From contig OZ242186.1 of assembly GCA_965205675.1 (NCBI GenBank), positions 96,001 through 160,000 on the forward strand: 64,000 nucleotides of DNA, in the 5' to 3' direction. The notes beneath the pieces are model-generated. The model was not told the DNA's origin. It ran no database searches and saw nothing but the letters and a program-made list of their open reading frames with translations. The translations under genes were made by a program, and so were the position numbers. Numbering within the stretch: position 1 is the first letter of the stretch; every line of letters starts with the position of its first letter. The stretch is from Nitrosopumilus sp. (lineage in GTDB: Archaea; Thermoproteota; Nitrososphaeria; Nitrososphaerales; Nitrosopumilaceae). Shown here piece after piece: positions 61,284-64,000 of the stretch.

Positions 61284-61745
61284 TTAATTATATTTTAGCC
61301 GGTTAACGTCTAGTACTCTTGCACAATATCTGCATTTGAGTACTCTTCCTTCTCTATCAATAACATCCATTATTGATTCAATGTGTTCTGTACTGTTTGT
61401 AATGCAATCAGGGTTTGAACATCTGAAAATTCTATCAATTTCATTAGGTAACGAAACTCTTCTCTTCTCAACGAGTTTGTATTCTTTTATCATGTTGATT
61501 GTTGCTTTTGGTGCAATTATTGCTAGCTTGTTTGTATCATCATCTTTTAGAAACTTGTTTTCTACTTTAATGATATCTTTTTTCTTAAATTTTCCACTTG
61601 GAACATTCAGTGCTATGGTGATTAAACTTCCATCATCACCATTAATTCTTAGTGCGTTAAGTACCTGAAGGCCTTTACCTTCATCAATATGATCAATTAC
61701 AGTACCTTCCTTAATTCGTCGAACCATAAGGTCGGACTGTTCCAT
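61284..61745 (-). CDS. pyrI: Aspartate carbamoyltransferase regulatory chain
   Basis: GTVIDHI, KKDIIK, CSNPDCIT, CRYC. Confidence 0.96.
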   Translation of the reverse strand: MEQSDLMVRRIKEGTVIDHIDEGKGLQVLNALRINGDDGSLITIALNVPSGKFKKKDIIKVENKFLKDDDTNKLAIIAPKATINMIKEYKLVEKRRVSLPNEIDRIFRCSNPDCITNSTEHIESIMDVIDREGRVLKCRYCARVLDVNRLKYN

Positions 61746-61786
61746 CAGAATACTTTGTATAGTCACCTGTATATATCATTGAAAGA

Positions 61787-62716
61787 ATGAACAAATTCTA
61801 TCAAAAAGATGTCATATCAATTAAGGACTATACCAAAGAACAGTTAGAAGCAATCTTTACATCTACTGATAAAATCATGCAACTAAATCCTACTGATCGA
61901 AGAGAAATTTGTAAAGGAAAGACTTTGGGATATTTGTTTTATGAACCAAGTACTAGAACTCGTCTAAGTTTTGATTCAGCCATGGCATCCATTGGAGGAA
62001 ACTCATTAGGAATTTCTGATGTCTCATCATCTTCTACTCAAAAAGGTGAAAGTCTTGCAGATACTGTTAGAATAATGTCAATTTATTCTGATGTACTAGT
62101 TTTACGTCATACTTTGGATGGTTCAAGTAGATTTGCAGCTGAAGTTTCCGGCAAACCTGTAATCAATGCTGGTAGTGGAACTGAGGAACATCCAACTCAA
62201 GCAATTCAGGATTTATTTACAATTAAAAAAGAAAAGAAAAAGATTGATGGACTCAAAATTGGAATTGTAGGTGATCTAAAGTATGGACGAACGGTATATT
62301 CTCTATTGTATGGACTTGGAAACTATCATGTTGATGTTAAATTAATTTCTCCTGAATCATTACGAATAAGATCTGATTCAACTTATGAAATTAAAAAGAG
62401 ATTAGATTTCACAGAAACTACTGATATTGAAGAACATCTAGATGATCTTGACGTTCTGTATGTAACAAGAATTCAAAAAGAAAGATTTCCTGATGAAGAA
62501 GAATATCTTAAAGTCAAAGGAAGTTATGTAGTTGGATTAGATATGTTGCAAAGAATGAAAGATGATTCAATAATTTTACATCCATTGCCAAGAATAGATG
62601 AAATTTCTGCAGATGTTGATAAGACAAAAAATGCCAAATATTTTAAGCAAGCAGAATATGGAAAATACACTCGTGCAGCTTTGCTAGGTATGACTCTAAA
62701 TGAGAATGGGTTTTAG
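61787..62716 (+). CDS. pyrB: Aspartate carbamoyltransferase catalytic chain
   Basis: EPSTRTR.SF, HPTQ, RIQKER, HPLPR. Confidence 0.97.
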   Translation: MNKFYQKDVISIKDYTKEQLEAIFTSTDKIMQLNPTDRREICKGKTLGYLFYEPSTRTRLSFDSAMASIGGNSLGISDVSSSSTQKGESLADTVRIMSIYSDVLVLRHTLDGSSRFAAEVSGKPVINAGSGTEEHPTQAIQDLFTIKKEKKKIDGLKIGIVGDLKYGRTVYSLLYGLGNYHVDVKLISPESLRIRSDSTYEIKKRLDFTETTDIEEHLDDLDVLYVTRIQKERFPDEEEYLKVKGSYVVGLDMLQRMKDDSIILHPLPRIDEISADVDKTKNAKYFKQAEYGKYTRAALLGMTLNENGF

Positions 62717-62759
62717 AAATTCGTATTCCATATATCTGGAGACATTTGAATAAAACTAG

Positions 62760-63470
62760 TTGACTAGAACAAAGATTATACCAATTTTTCCATTAGACTT
62801 GGTTTTATTTCCAAGACAAGAACTCCCACTTCGAATTTTTGAGCCTCGTTACAAACAACTAGTTGATGATTGCATGATTGGAGATGGTCAATTTGGTGTG
62901 TGTTTGATTGATGAAACTAACTCCGTTAATGGTTGGAACTCTCCGAAATTAGTGGGCACTATTGCCAAAATTTCAAAATGTGAGGATGTGGAACTAGATG
63001 GATTACAATTACAAATTGAAACTCTTGGAAGAAACTCATTTAATATAAAACGCATTATTCCCCCATCAATCACTCAACCTGAAAACTATGATCCTCTTTC
63101 AGTTGAGGGACATCAAGAAATTTCTGAAATACATGAAAAAATTGGAACTGAAGAAAAAATGTACATTCAAGCTGAAGTAGAAATGATTCCTGAAATTGAT
63201 GAAAATATTTCACTTGAGAAATGGCAAACTCTAGTTGATTTATGGAAGAAGAAAATTATCAAACAGGCTTTACCTCAAATTATAGATTCACATTCGTTGG
63301 ATCATGTTTTGGAACAATATTATCTAAATACTGATACACCAACAATTGATTATATTTACTCTTTATCTGCAATTGGTGCCAAGAATCCAAATGAACTACA
63401 ATCAATTCTAGAGGCAACAACTATGGATGAATTAATTAAACAAGTTGAAAAATTGTTAAAGGTAGAATAA
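62760..63470 (+). CDS. Stand-alone LON substrate-binding (N-terminal) domain protein
   Basis: PIFPL..VLFP...LPLRIFEPRY. Confidence 0.88.
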   Translation: MTRTKIIPIFPLDLVLFPRQELPLRIFEPRYKQLVDDCMIGDGQFGVCLIDETNSVNGWNSPKLVGTIAKISKCEDVELDGLQLQIETLGRNSFNIKRIIPPSITQPENYDPLSVEGHQEISEIHEKIGTEEKMYIQAEVEMIPEIDENISLEKWQTLVDLWKKKIIKQALPQIIDSHSLDHVLEQYYLNTDTPTIDYIYSLSAIGAKNPNELQSILEATTMDELIKQVEKLLKVE

Positions 63471-64000
63471 TGAAAATTAAAAGATCATTTACTCAATTTG
63501 GAATTCTTACAATAATGATATGTCTGTTATTTCCTGTAAGTAGTATTTATGGACATGGATTTGGTATTGATAGAATTTCATCTGTAAATGTGCAAGGAAA
63601 ACAATTATCTATTTCAGTAGAAATGCCAATGTATTTTGAAAATCAACAAGATCAAATTACAATTACTGCAACTGAAGATGATACACAAGAAAATGCAAAA
63701 AATGTAACTTTTCTTATTGGTTTGTTTTACAAAGATGAAATGATTTTTAGAAATTATTTCTTTACCGAAAATGGTATTTTACCAATTATTGTTACGCCAA
63801 CTGAAGATACTAAAATTATCATTCATGGTGAACAAGACTCTTTGCTTGGAGCCTGGCATGGAACTGAATCAAATCCTATAGAAATTACAGGACCACTGTT
63901 TAATTCAGGTGGATTGTATAATTTTGAGATTGAAATAAGAACTATTGATGAACCTACTAACATTATTGAAAATTCTGGCGTGTACAATGCCGATTTGAGC
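63470..64000 (+). CDS. Secreted protein, partial (runs off window)
   Basis: TAATG coupling; MKIKRSFTQFGILTIMICLLFPVSSIYGHGFG..., open to the window end. Confidence 0.75.
   Translation, partial: MKIKRSFTQFGILTIMICLLFPVSSIYGHGFGIDRISSVNVQGKQLSISVEMPMYFENQQDQITITATEDDTQENAKNVTFLIGLFYKDEMIFRNYFFTENGILPIIVTPTEDTKIIIHGEQDSLLGAWHGTESNPIEITGPLFNSGGLYNFEIEIRTIDEPTNIIENSGVYNADLS

Noticed and set aside
1097-63073. Numerous antisense/overlapping ORFs in the track (e.g. 1097-1390, 2339-2698, 31797-32240, 51683-52033, 58907-59209)
   Set aside because: Shadows of well-supported genes on the opposite strand or in another frame, with no motifs.

Overview
AT-rich core-genome window from a marine ammonia-oxidising archaeon (Nitrosopumilus-like, Nitrososphaerota/Thaumarchaeota). 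The assignment rests on archaeal Rpo11/TFS/PCNA, PsmB-aCPSF1, EgsA, the PoK/PPS CoA pathway, an A-type ATP synthase split around an Amt transporter, cobalamin genes and a PEF-type C-terminal sorting motif. Most genes are housekeeping. Two decayed mobile regions are present: a frameshifted tyrosine integrase cut by an IS481-like fragment at the left edge, and an IS1595-family remnant at 16.2-17.2 kb carrying a perfect 13x12-bp internal tandem array. There are two tRNAs: Arg-CCT with a D-loop intron and Val-GAC with C33. I found several microproteins missing from the ORF track: a metallothionein-like 39-mer, a 51-aa Zn-finger, a 36-aa membrane peptide and a 41-aa ORF inside the ATP synthase operon. 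Also notable are a 32/32/32-bp repeat-spacer-repeat in front of PCNA and an apparently catalytically dead solo Cas4. No complete new multi-gene system can be proven from the sequence alone; the best leads are listed as findings. All family calls are by motif recognition, not database search.
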